Positions 46,841 through 55,596 of a stretch of 59,414 nucleotides of DNA are shown in pieces. The notes beneath the pieces are model-generated. The model searched no databases, was not told the DNA's origin, and saw only the letters and a program-made list of their open reading frames with translations. Location of the stretch: contig CAYICS010000005.1 in NCBI GenBank assembly GCA_964362125.1, positions 1-59,414 of the forward strand, written 5' to 3'. The position numbers and the translations under genes were made by a program. Numbering within the stretch: the stretch's first letter is position 1; each line of letters opens with the position of its first letter. This DNA comes from an uncultured Candidatus Saccharibacteria bacterium. GTDB taxonomy: Bacteria; Patescibacteriota; Minisyncoccia; UBA6257; UBA11618.

Positions 46841-47059
46841 CTAAAGAAGCCCAAGCTTCTTTGCTTTCTCAATTTCTTTCCTCTTAGTCTCACGGTGCAA
46901 AGCGGAAACCAGGCGCTTGGCGCGGTTGGGCTGGCGACGGAAGAAGCGGCGCTTCCGAGCTTCTTTGAGAACGCCGCTTTGCTGAACTTTTTTGGTAAAG
47001 CGATAAACCAGCGCCATCGGCGACTCGCCTTCCTTTTTTCTCACAGTTACAGCGGGCAT
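46841..47059 (-). CDS. rpsU: 30S ribosomal protein S21
   Basis: VRKKEGES..ALVYRFTKKVQQSGVLKEARKRRF. Confidence 0.85.
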   Translation of the reverse strand: MPAVTVRKKEGESPMALVYRFTKKVQQSGVLKEARKRRFFRRQPNRAKRLVSALHRETKRKEIEKAKKLGLL

Positions 47060-47114
47060 TGTTTAAAAAGAATAACATAACGATAAATAAAGATCAACCC
47101 CAGTTATTCTTGAA

Positions 47115-47280
47115 AAGAGTAACGGGGCTTGTCTGAAGGAACATCCCGGAAGCGCGCAAGCTGGGTTCTTTTTTGGTATAAATGCGCAGCGCACTAAAAA
47201 AGTTGCGCGCTGAGGGAGAAGAAGCTTTTGCCGCTGGAGCAAAAGCATTCTGTTTCCTGAAGACAAGCCCCGTTACTCTT
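47115..47280. mobile_element. 166-bp element with perfect 20-bp terminal inverted repeats
   Basis: AAGAGTAACGGGGCTTGTCT / AGACAAGCCCCGTTACTCTT enclosing three hairpins. Confidence 0.7.
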
Positions 47281-47305
47281 GGGAGGATTTATTCATTAAT
47301 CTCCT

Positions 47306-47677
47306 TCACCTTGGCGGGTTGTCAACGACAGAATGAATTGAGCCGCCGCCGTCATCGAGCCAGCGGGGAATAATGTGAATATGCAAATGATCTACAGCCT
47401 GGCCGCTGGCCTTGCCCTGATTAATACCAATGGTGAAGCCATCGGGCCGGTGTTTGTCTTTAAGAAGTTGAGTAACTTTTTTGACAGCAACAAACAGCGG
47501 CCCAATTTTATCATCCGGCAAATCTAAAATGTTCTCGGCGTGAAATTTAGGCAAAACCATGGTGTGACCCGGGGCGCGAGGATGAATATCTAGGATAGCA
47601 ATAACATTGTCATCTTCATAGACAACATCTGATTTAATTTCTTTGTTTATAATCCTACAAAGTAGACACTGACCCAT
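47306..47677 (-). CDS. HIT family hydrolase
   Basis: CLLC, PGHTMV, HLHIHIIPR. Confidence 0.95.
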   Translation of the reverse strand: MGQCLLCRIINKEIKSDVVYEDDNVIAILDIHPRAPGHTMVLPKFHAENILDLPDDKIGPLFVAVKKVTQLLKDKHRPDGFTIGINQGKASGQAVDHLHIHIIPRWLDDGGGSIHSVVDNPPR

Positions 47678-47791
47678 AATTACCAATTTTCAATTACCAA
47701 TATCCAATGAAATGTCTAATGTCTAATTTTTTAATTTGTAATTTGGCATTTCATTAGACATTAGGAATTAGGTATTGGTCATTTAAAGCGC

Positions 47792-49069
47792 TTACAGGCG
47801 CTTTTTCAATTCCTCCACCAATTTGGCCAAGAGCACACTTTCCTGAGCGCCTGTTTTGAGATCACGAATGATGATCTCATTCTCAAAGACCTCTTTTTGA
47901 CCAAAAATCAGAGCCAGCGGTACCCCTTCTTTATCAGCCGTCCGCAATTGAGCCTTCAAAGAATCTTTGCCCAACGATTCTTCTACTGCCACGCCGCTTT
48001 TCCTTAATTCTTCAATAATAGTCAGACTCTTCTTCTTGGCGATGTCACCAATGTGGACAAAGAAAACTTTATTCTTGGGTCGGCTGGTAAAAGTAACTTC
48101 GTTTTTCTTAATCATTAATAACACCCGCTCTAAGCCCACTGCTCCACCCACACCGGGAGCGGCCCGGCCGCCAATCATCTCCAATAAATAATCATAGCGG
48201 CCGCCGCTGGCGATGGCGTCATCAAAGCCTTCGTAATAAATCTCAAAGACACTGCGATTATAGTAATCAAGGCCGCGCACTAAATAATTATTGAGGGTGT
48301 AGGGCAGTTTTAATTCATCGAGATACTCAAGGACTTGTTTGAAATGCTGACTACAAACATTACAAATCAAATCCAATAAAATTGGGGCGTCTTTTTTTAT
48401 TTCCTGACACTCTTTTTCTTTACAATCCAAAAGCCGCAAGGGATTGACCGTCAATCTCTTCTTGCAGTCATTACAAACACTTTTATTTTTGTAATAGTCA
48501 ATAAGTTTCTTCCGATAAGGCGGCCGGCAATTCTTACAGCCGATAGTGTTAACTTGAATAGCCAGTTTATTGAGCTTCATTTCTTCCAAAAACCGAAAGC
48601 AGATGAGAATACTTTGGGCATCATAAATCGGATCGGGATCGCCGCCCAAAATTTCAAATCCCACTTGATAAAACTGGCGAAAACGACCCTCCTGAGGCCG
48701 TTCGTGACGGTACATCGGCCCAAAATAATAAAGTTTCACTGGCTGAGGCCAGTGACTCAAACCATATTCGATATAGGCGCGGGCAATGGAGGCAGTACCT
48801 TCAGGACGCAACGCCAGCCGCTCTTTGTCTTTAGCTTTAATCATAAACATCTGTTTCTCCACCACATCCGTTGTCTCCCCAATACTCCGCTCAAATAATT
48901 CCGCCTTTTCCAGAAGCGGCGTATCAATTCTTTGGAAATTGTAGCTTTCAGCGATATCCCGGGCCGCCTTGCGCAGCCGTTCCCAAAGGGGCTGATCATC
49001 TGGCAAAAGATCGTGCATCCCTTTTACACTCTGGAAAAGTAATTTTTTTATTTTTGTTTTAGTGGACAT
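47792..49069 (-). CDS. hisS: Histidine--tRNA ligase
   Basis: LRPEGTA, RHERPQEGRFRQF, LVRGLDYY, GGRYD. Confidence 0.97.
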   Translation of the reverse strand: MSTKTKIKKLLFQSVKGMHDLLPDDQPLWERLRKAARDIAESYNFQRIDTPLLEKAELFERSIGETTDVVEKQMFMIKAKDKERLALRPEGTASIARAYIEYGLSHWPQPVKLYYFGPMYRHERPQEGRFRQFYQVGFEILGGDPDPIYDAQSILICFRFLEEMKLNKLAIQVNTIGCKNCRPPYRKKLIDYYKNKSVCNDCKKRLTVNPLRLLDCKEKECQEIKKDAPILLDLICNVCSQHFKQVLEYLDELKLPYTLNNYLVRGLDYYNRSVFEIYYEGFDDAIASGGRYDYLLEMIGGRAAPGVGGAVGLERVLLMIKKNEVTFTSRPKNKVFFVHIGDIAKKKSLTIIEELRKSGVAVEESLGKDSLKAQLRTADKEGVPLALIFGQKEVFENEIIIRDLKTGAQESVLLAKLVEELKKRL

Positions 49070-49595
49070 AAAAAGGTCGATTAATAATACTTATTTTATC
49101 AAAAGGGAAGAGACGGAGGCGGGCCAGGCCAATGATGAATTGCCGCTTCAGCGGTCCCCAACTGCGGGAGTCAGAACTGTTATCACGATTATCACCCATT
49201 ACAAAATATTCATCAGCCGCCAAAACCAAGTCGCTGCCGCCAAAAGTTCTGATGTCTAAAACCAGATAATTTTCAGAGAACTTCTGACTATTAACGAAAA
49301 CTTCTCCACCTTTGATCTGCACCCGGTCGCCGGGCAAGCCAATAATCCTCTTGATATAAAACGTATCAGGATCTTGAGGATAACGGAAGACTACTACATC
49401 GCCCGGCTGGAATTCCTGAAATCTCTTGGTCAGCTGATCGACAATCAGGTAGTTACCGTGATTGATGTTAGGCGCCATACTGGCACCACTGACCAGGAAG
49501 GGCTGTACCAAATAAGTCCTAATTAAAAAAACTGTCACCGCCGCAATAATCACCGTCTCAGCAATCTCCCAAAATGACTTCCAGAATTCTGTCAT
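49059..49595 (-). CDS. lepB: Signal peptidase I
   Basis: SGASMAP, YIKRIIGLPGD, GDNRDNSSDSR. Confidence 0.95.
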   Translation of the reverse strand: MTEFWKSFWEIAETVIIAAVTVFLIRTYLVQPFLVSGASMAPNINHGNYLIVDQLTKRFQEFQPGDVVVFRYPQDPDTFYIKRIIGLPGDRVQIKGGEVFVNSQKFSENYLVLDIRTFGGSDLVLAADEYFVMGDNRDNSSDSRSWGPLKRQFIIGLARLRLFPFDKISIINRPFYVH

Positions 49596-50110
49596 TCCAA
49601 CAATTTTACCGCTTCTTTAAAGACTTTATCAAGTTGCCGTTTATTAGCTGGGGCAATCTTTTTTAAAACCAAGACATCTGCCTTGGTTCTCTTTTTCTCT
49701 GGAGAGGGACGAATGCCGATGCGGAGACGCCAGAAGTTTTGGGTTTTGAGATGATTAATGATATTTTGGACGCCCTTGTGGCCAGCCGAGCTGCGGCCAA
49801 AAGATAGTTTATACTTCCCCAGCTCGATATCACTGTCGTCGTGGATCACTAATAACTGCTCTGGTCCTGCTTTATATTTTTTCATCGCTTTTCTGACAAA
49901 CTCGCCAGATTTATTCATATAAACATCGGTCTTCAATAATTGAAAATTGAAAATTGCCTGCCCGCCAGCGGCTTGGGCCGCAGGCACTGGCAGGCGGGAA
50001 AATTGAAAATTTTTAAGAAAATCTACAGCTATATGGCCAACATTATGATAGGTTTGTTGATACTCCGGATCAGGGTTGCCCAGACCAATGATTAATTTAA
50101 TTTTTTCCAT
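49592..50110 (-). CDS. pth: Peptidyl-tRNA hydrolase with repeat-derived insertion
   Basis: GLGNP, HNVG, YMNKSG, HDD, GHKGV, RLRIGI. Confidence 0.9.
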   Translation of the reverse strand: MEKIKLIIGLGNPDPEYQQTYHNVGHIAVDFLKNFQFSRLPVPAAQAAGGQAIFNFQLLKTDVYMNKSGEFVRKAMKKYKAGPEQLLVIHDDSDIELGKYKLSFGRSSAGHKGVQNIINHLKTQNFWRLRIGIRPSPEKKRTKADVLVLKKIAPANKRQLDKVFKEAVKLLE

Positions 50111-51558
50111 GTAAAGGTGGCCGTAAAAGTCGCCCGGCCGTCAGAGCCAACAGTAATGGCCGAGAGCGGGAATGACAAGTTAGTCACTTCCGCGTCTTTA
50201 CTAAGATTATTTTTAAAGACAATGGCCGCCCGTTCATTTTTGGCAGTGCCCACCAGCGAAACCAGCCGGCTCTGATTATCAAGCCGCACTTGAGTTAGGG
50301 TCGCGTCCGGCCCGGTCATCAAATACAACTTCCGCAACAGGGGCGAGGCAACACTGATCTGATTTTTAGCAGCCAGCACTTTTTCAATCAGAGCGTTGAA
50401 ACTCCGGGCTTGATTTTCCAACAGTCTAATTTCCTCACGATTAGCTAAACTGCCGGCTTTTTTCAGTTGCCCCGCCAATCCCCGATTGACCCGAATCAAA
50501 AGAAGGTCGGTGCCCAAATAAATCAACAGAAAAATTGCCAGCGTCGCTAAAACCACATTGCGCCAGAGACCGACAAAGCGGCGAATGCGGCTGCGGATAA
50601 ATTCTTCTTCAGTACCGACTTTTGTCAAGCTTATCAACCGGTCCTCTACCCGAGGCACTAATCCCCGTTGTGCCGCCCCCTTAACTGCCGACCACTCCGG
50701 GTCAGCTAGTTCTTCAATAGCCAGATTAAATTCTTTCTTAACGACATTGATAATGGCTTGGGCCGGTGAAACGCTGACCAGTATTAAATCACTAATAGTC
50801 TTGCCCCAGCGGGCCGAAGAAAAGTTGGTGATGCGCCGCAATTCGCCAATGAGAATCTTCTGAAAATCGTCAGCGCTCACCTGACCAGTTTTACCGCCGC
50901 TTCGTTCCTGAACAGCTAACCAAGAAATAAAGTAGTTAAACTGGAGCTGACCGGCTTTTAAAACAGAAAAGTTAAGACCGTCGCCCGTCACTGCCAGCAG
51001 AAGATGGGGTTTGGTTAAATCCCCGCCAGCCAATTGACTAACAGCCCGAGCCAAAGATAAACCGTAAAACTCCACTGCCACCACCAGAAAACCGGCCTGT
51101 CGCAAAGCCTGAGAAAAACCATCAATAATTTCATTGGGAGCAAAGGCCCCCAATAACTCCAGATTGCCATTGGCAGCTTGTCCCAGAATCTGCCAGTCAT
51201 GATAGGCATTCTTTAAATCCAGAGGTGAAATCATTTTCAAATTAAGTTCCGCCGCCTCCTCCAGACGCCGCCCTTCTAAATAAGGCAGGTTGAAAACTTG
51301 AGTGTAAATGTGATTAGAGGAAAGAGAAACGATCACCGGCATTGATTTCAGCTGACGCAGAGCATTGATAAATTGAGTGCTGTCAATCAATTTGCCTCCT
51401 TGGACCACGCCGGCTGGCAAAGGCACTTTTTCCTGTCTTAAAATCTTGCCAGCGGCATCAACCATTATTAACCGCACCGCTCCATCACTAATCTCCAAGC
51501 CAGCCACGACCAAGGTGGGATTAAACCACTTCAACCAATTGTTAAAATTCAATTTCAT
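50092..51558 (-). CDS. PilM-PilN-like fusion protein
   Basis: GLEISD..LPAGVVQGG actin-like N-terminus, TM, PilN-like C-terminus. Confidence 0.75.
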   Translation of the reverse strand: MKLNFNNWLKWFNPTLVVAGLEISDGAVRLIMVDAAGKILRQEKVPLPAGVVQGGKLIDSTQFINALRQLKSMPVIVSLSSNHIYTQVFNLPYLEGRRLEEAAELNLKMISPLDLKNAYHDWQILGQAANGNLELLGAFAPNEIIDGFSQALRQAGFLVVAVEFYGLSLARAVSQLAGGDLTKPHLLLAVTGDGLNFSVLKAGQLQFNYFISWLAVQERSGGKTGQVSADDFQKILIGELRRITNFSSARWGKTISDLILVSVSPAQAIINVVKKEFNLAIEELADPEWSAVKGAAQRGLVPRVEDRLISLTKVGTEEEFIRSRIRRFVGLWRNVVLATLAIFLLIYLGTDLLLIRVNRGLAGQLKKAGSLANREEIRLLENQARSFNALIEKVLAAKNQISVASPLLRKLYLMTGPDATLTQVRLDNQSRLVSLVGTAKNERAAIVFKNNLSKDAEVTNLSFPLSAITVGSDGRATFTATFTWKKLN

Positions 51559-52030
51559 TGAGGGAATGAGTTTTTACCTGATGAGTAGTCCGATTAGCGT
51601 TCAAGACTGCCTGTAATTGTCTTTTAGCACCAAAGCCGCCCTGGGCCAGGGAGTTGATTGTATATTTAATTTCATTGGTGAAAGTTTCTTTTTTAATACA
51701 GATGTAAACTTTGATCTCGCCCAAGGTTAAATCGTAAGTTTTATTGCCATCACCAGCAGATCGAGTAACATCGCAATCAACCGCTGGCCAGGTGTTGTCA
51801 CGAATAATCCGTAGATAAGTATCGTCAATGCCAGCCCGGGCGGCAGCCAAACCGGCAGTGGCCAGTCGAATACTAAAATTGGAACGATTAAGCGCCAAAA
51901 CAATAATCGAACCAGCCAAACCCAAAGCCACCATCAGAAAACCGATGGTCAGGATAGTTGGTAACAAGACAGCTCCGGAGTTGCGGATTCGAAAATTGAA
52001 AATTGAGAATTGAAAATTGAAAATTTTCAT
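51542..52030 (-). CDS. PilX-like minor pilin
   Basis: SGAVLLPTIL, AAARAGIDD. Confidence 0.65.
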   Translation of the reverse strand: MKIFNFQFSIFNFRIRNSGAVLLPTILTIGFLMVALGLAGSIIVLALNRSNFSIRLATAGLAAARAGIDDTYLRIIRDNTWPAVDCDVTRSAGDGNKTYDLTLGEIKVYICIKKETFTNEIKYTINSLAQGGFGAKRQLQAVLNANRTTHQVKTHSLNEIEF

Positions 52031-52899
52031 TAAGGACTATAATTAATTATTATATCATCGATGCGGGGGCTGTTGGTCTGCCAAAGATCAGTGCTCAATC
52101 GACTTTGATAACGAAGGTAACGATTAGCCAAATTCAACTGCGCCGGCACCCCAAAACCCACTGCAAACCAACTGCCATAATTCCAGGGGCCGGTACTGCT
52201 ATTGGAACCAGCTACCCGAAACTCTACTTTACCGCCATTAAGCGCTCCCTGCCACATAATGGTGTTAAAGATAGTATTATCACTGCCGCTGTCAAAAATA
52301 TTAGAAGTGAATTCAGCGGTTTGAGCACTATTGCCAGCGCTAGTTTGAACCCGCCAATCAGGAAAATCATTGGCACAATCTTTGCCCGAAGGCGGATTAT
52401 CATCACATTTAAACTGGAGCCAGCCGACAATATCATTCCAGGCATAATTTTCAAAATAACCGTTAAGGACTTTTGCCTGATAAGTAGTAGTACTGGGACA
52501 AACCCATTTCCCCAAACTACTGTTCCAACTGGAATTTTCCGATGAATTGCCGCAAAAACTAATCCAGCCAATGCTATCATTCCAAGCCCAACCGGAAAGG
52601 CCGCCGGCGCCATCATTGTTAACTTTAAAAGGCTCAGTGTAGTTGCTGCAAATATCACCATCGGGGGTGACGGCACAATTTAAGATAATAATACCCACTG
52701 TCGAGCTGGCGTAACCAAGCAGCTCATTACTGTTGATGACAACGTTGTGGTAAACATCATGCCAGTCACTCCAACCAATCACATCATTCCAAATCCAGTG
52801 TTCATTGGCGTCGTTGGTATCAATGTTACTGCCGCTGCCGCCGGCAAAGATTAAAAACGGCACTACTAATCCGACTAGCACAATAATTGAAAATTTCAT
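52030..52899 (-). CDS. Secreted pilus-associated protein with repeated WAWND.IGW motifs
   Basis: WIWNDVIGW, WAWNDSIGW, YAWNDIVGW. Confidence 0.7.
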   Translation of the reverse strand: MKFSIIVLVGLVVPFLIFAGGSGSNIDTNDANEHWIWNDVIGWSDWHDVYHNVVINSNELLGYASSTVGIIILNCAVTPDGDICSNYTEPFKVNNDGAGGLSGWAWNDSIGWISFCGNSSENSSWNSSLGKWVCPSTTTYQAKVLNGYFENYAWNDIVGWLQFKCDDNPPSGKDCANDFPDWRVQTSAGNSAQTAEFTSNIFDSGSDNTIFNTIMWQGALNGGKVEFRVAGSNSSTGPWNYGSWFAVGFGVPAQLNLANRYLRYQSRLSTDLWQTNSPRIDDIIINYSP

Positions 52900-52900
52900 A

Positions 52901-53527
52901 TTAGTATCCTTTAATCTTTATCGACCCGCTTTGCGACGAAAAATCAATTTCAGCAGTGCCTTCGCAAAATCTGGTATGGACGATATTAGTGACTGCTGGA
53001 TCACTACCCGGGCAAGTCGGCCCACCCCCCCAATCAGTTTGCTGCCAGACAACATTTTGGGTCCGGGTGATATATCTTTGCAAAACAATGTTAGTCGGAT
53101 CGCCCTGATAGTGCCACTGAATATCCACAGTCACTCTTCCTGTTGAAGGATCTTTAGTGCCGCTATCAACAATCTCACCGTTAGCATTACGATAGACCGG
53201 AGCAACAGAAAAACTGCGGCTGTAGCTGATATTATTATTGATGACTGTTTCTGCTCCTGCCCGCACTTCAAACCGGCCGGCGCTGGTCGCGGCTAAATAA
53301 CTGGCGCCGGTCGCGCCTTTAATATCAGACCATTTGCCTTCGGCAGTGGCCGCCACATTATCCAATAATTGCTCCGCCAAAAAATTACCGGTCTGCCAAG
53401 TGGGATCTTGGCTGGCGATTCGCAAAGAGACGTGAGTGGCGGCCACTGCCGCCAAAATTATCACCCCTCCCAAGGCGACAGCCACTAAAACTTCAACTAA
53501 AGATTGCCCCCTACTCAATCCTCCCAT
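52901..53527 (-). CDS. Prepilin-type minor pilin
   Basis: RGQSLVEVLVAV. Confidence 0.85.
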   Translation of the reverse strand: MGGLSRGQSLVEVLVAVALGGVIILAAVAATHVSLRIASQDPTWQTGNFLAEQLLDNVAATAEGKWSDIKGATGASYLAATSAGRFEVRAGAETVINNNISYSRSFSVAPVYRNANGEIVDSGTKDPSTGRVTVDIQWHYQGDPTNIVLQRYITRTQNVVWQQTDWGGGPTCPGSDPAVTNIVHTRFCEGTAEIDFSSQSGSIKIKGY

Positions 53528-53993
53528 TGCAGTAGACTTTTACAGCGGCTGAACCGCCGCCGACAACCGACCCGACCTCGACAATGGCGTTGGCAGTAGT
53601 CGAAGGACAAGCGGCAGAAACCCAATTACCGGAAATTTTAGCAAAGAGAATAGTTAAACTATTGCCGGCAGTCGGCGCCAAAAACCCCAAGGAAGATTTA
53701 AGGTAAAACTCACTGATGGCAGCAGTGATTTTAGCATCGGCAGTGGCGGTATTAAATAAAAAGTAACGATCGCGGCCACTGGACAAATTTTCAAACCTGA
53801 CTCCCCAATATAGTCCTGATTGCTGATTGATTGCCCGCTGCTGGGCATCTCTCAAGACAGCGGCCATTGTTCCGGCTGCCGACCCGACTTCTTGGCTATG
53901 ACTCAATCGAAATAAATACAAGCCGCCGGTAACAGCCACAATCACGATTACCCCTATCACAATCATCAGTTCGATAAGAGTCAATCCCTTCAT
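53511..53993 (-). CDS. Prepilin-type minor pilin (FimT/GspH-like)
   Basis: KGLTLIELMIVI. Confidence 0.85.
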   Translation of the reverse strand: MKGLTLIELMIVIGVIVIVAVTGGLYLFRLSHSQEVGSAAGTMAAVLRDAQQRAINQQSGLYWGVRFENLSSGRDRYFLFNTATADAKITAAISEFYLKSSLGFLAPTAGNSLTILFAKISGNWVSAACPSTTANAIVEVGSVVGGGSAAVKVYCNGRIE

Positions 53994-55201
53994 CAGAATT
54001 GTCCTACTAATTGATAAATCGGCATAATCACTGATAAGGCAATTAAACCAACCAAGCCGCCGATGACTATCAAGAGCGCCGGTTCAATAATTGACACCAT
54101 TCCTTTAATGGCCGCCTCGATTTCCGTGTCATAGAAAGTAGCCAAAGTGAATAATAATTCCTCAAGGTGACCGGCTTTTTCCGAAACAGCAATTAAATTA
54201 GTAATCACTTGGGGGAATTCTGTCTCCCGCTTAAAGGCGTCACCAATGGTTAAGCCGCGAGCCACGCCTTCACGGGCAATCCGCTGTAAGGCTAATTTCA
54301 AACGCTCATTACCGACAGCCGTGGCGGTCAACTCCAAAGAATCAATAATGGGCAGACCGGCTTTTAAAAGATAACCCAAAGTGGCGGCAAAGCGCTGAAT
54401 GGCAATCCGCAAAACAACATTTTTTATTACAGGAATTCTGGCTAAAATCCGCGACAGCCACAAGCGGCCGGTGGTGGTGTGAAAAAAGAAATACCAAAAA
54501 ATTAAAACTCCGCCAAATAACAATCCCGAGAGCCAAATAATATTATTAGAAATAAAAAGTCCGACGGTAAAAACAATTCTAGAAAAAGTCGGGGGCTCGA
54601 AACCTCCTTGCAGGAAAACATCGGCAATCCGCGGCAAAGCAAAAGTCACCAAAAAAGTCACCACCAAAAAAGAAGCGACGATAAGGACGATTGGATAAAG
54701 CAAAGCGGAGCGAATGCGGCGCCGCAAATCTTCTTCCTTCTGCAGCATCAGGCTTAAATTATCAAAAGTGGCTTCGAGATTTCCGGAGATCTCGCCAGCT
54801 TTCACCAAATTAACAAAAATCGGCGAGAAATACTGGGGATACTTGGCAAAGGTGACATAAAAGGGCTGGCCTTTTTCTAAAGTGGTGCGGATTTCTGTCA
54901 GTAAAGACTTAACTGCCGGTTTTTCAAAATCAGCAATTAAAATATCCAAAGCCCGGAAGAGATCGGTGCCGGCGCGAAGCATCAAGGCCAGATATCTTGT
55001 CAGGAAAATGTTGTCGGTAGTGGTAATGCCGCCGCCGAAAATATAAATCTTGCCGCCGATAGTCCAAGTTGATTGCTGGACAGAAATCGGCTTCAGTTCG
55101 TTTCTGGAAAGAAAATCCAGCACCGCCTGCTCTGATTGGGCGTCGACCGCTCCCTTAATAATCCGCCCGTCTGGTTGAATAGCGGTATAGGCAAACTTCA
55201 T
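53993..55201 (-). CDS. pilC: Type IV pilus platform protein PilC/GspF
   Basis: AGEISGNL, ALLYP, EKAGHL, IEPAL; start at MKFAY. Confidence 0.92.
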   Translation of the reverse strand: MKFAYTAIQPDGRIIKGAVDAQSEQAVLDFLSRNELKPISVQQSTWTIGGKIYIFGGGITTTDNIFLTRYLALMLRAGTDLFRALDILIADFEKPAVKSLLTEIRTTLEKGQPFYVTFAKYPQYFSPIFVNLVKAGEISGNLEATFDNLSLMLQKEEDLRRRIRSALLYPIVLIVASFLVVTFLVTFALPRIADVFLQGGFEPPTFSRIVFTVGLFISNNIIWLSGLLFGGVLIFWYFFFHTTTGRLWLSRILARIPVIKNVVLRIAIQRFAATLGYLLKAGLPIIDSLELTATAVGNERLKLALQRIAREGVARGLTIGDAFKRETEFPQVITNLIAVSEKAGHLEELLFTLATFYDTEIEAAIKGMVSIIEPALLIVIGGLVGLIALSVIMPIYQLVGQF

Positions 55202-55227
55202 ATTATTAATAATAGCATAAAAGGTGA

Positions 55228-55523
55228 GGCTTTCGGTGCCCGCTAGCATCGGCCAGCCAGCTCCTCTCGCAACCATTCCGTTACAGATAAATTCCTCCTC
55301 ACCCTAAGTCAGAAATTATCAGAAAAACAGAACTCGCCGTTAACATTAAGGAAGATAAGGGTTCCCCAGCAGAGCTGGGGCTCAAACAACTGTTTTTCTT
55401 AGATTTCTTTGACTTAGAGTTCGGGAATTTACCCCCACACCTATGCATAGGTGTGGGGGTTTATCTACTTCCACTACACAGGTTGCTGTGAAGAGCTGGC
55501 TGGCCTGCCAGCGACCAAAAGCC
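55228..55523 (-). ncRNA. Unassigned rod-shaped structured element, copy 2 (with 28-bp palindrome insertion)
   Basis: Homologous to 4580-4836, with compensatory stem changes. Confidence 0.65.
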
Positions 55524-55596
55524 CTATTAAAAACCCAAACAAAAAAGGAGGGTCTGGCACAGACTAGAACCAAAGAACCGCCGGGTGGCGGTACCT

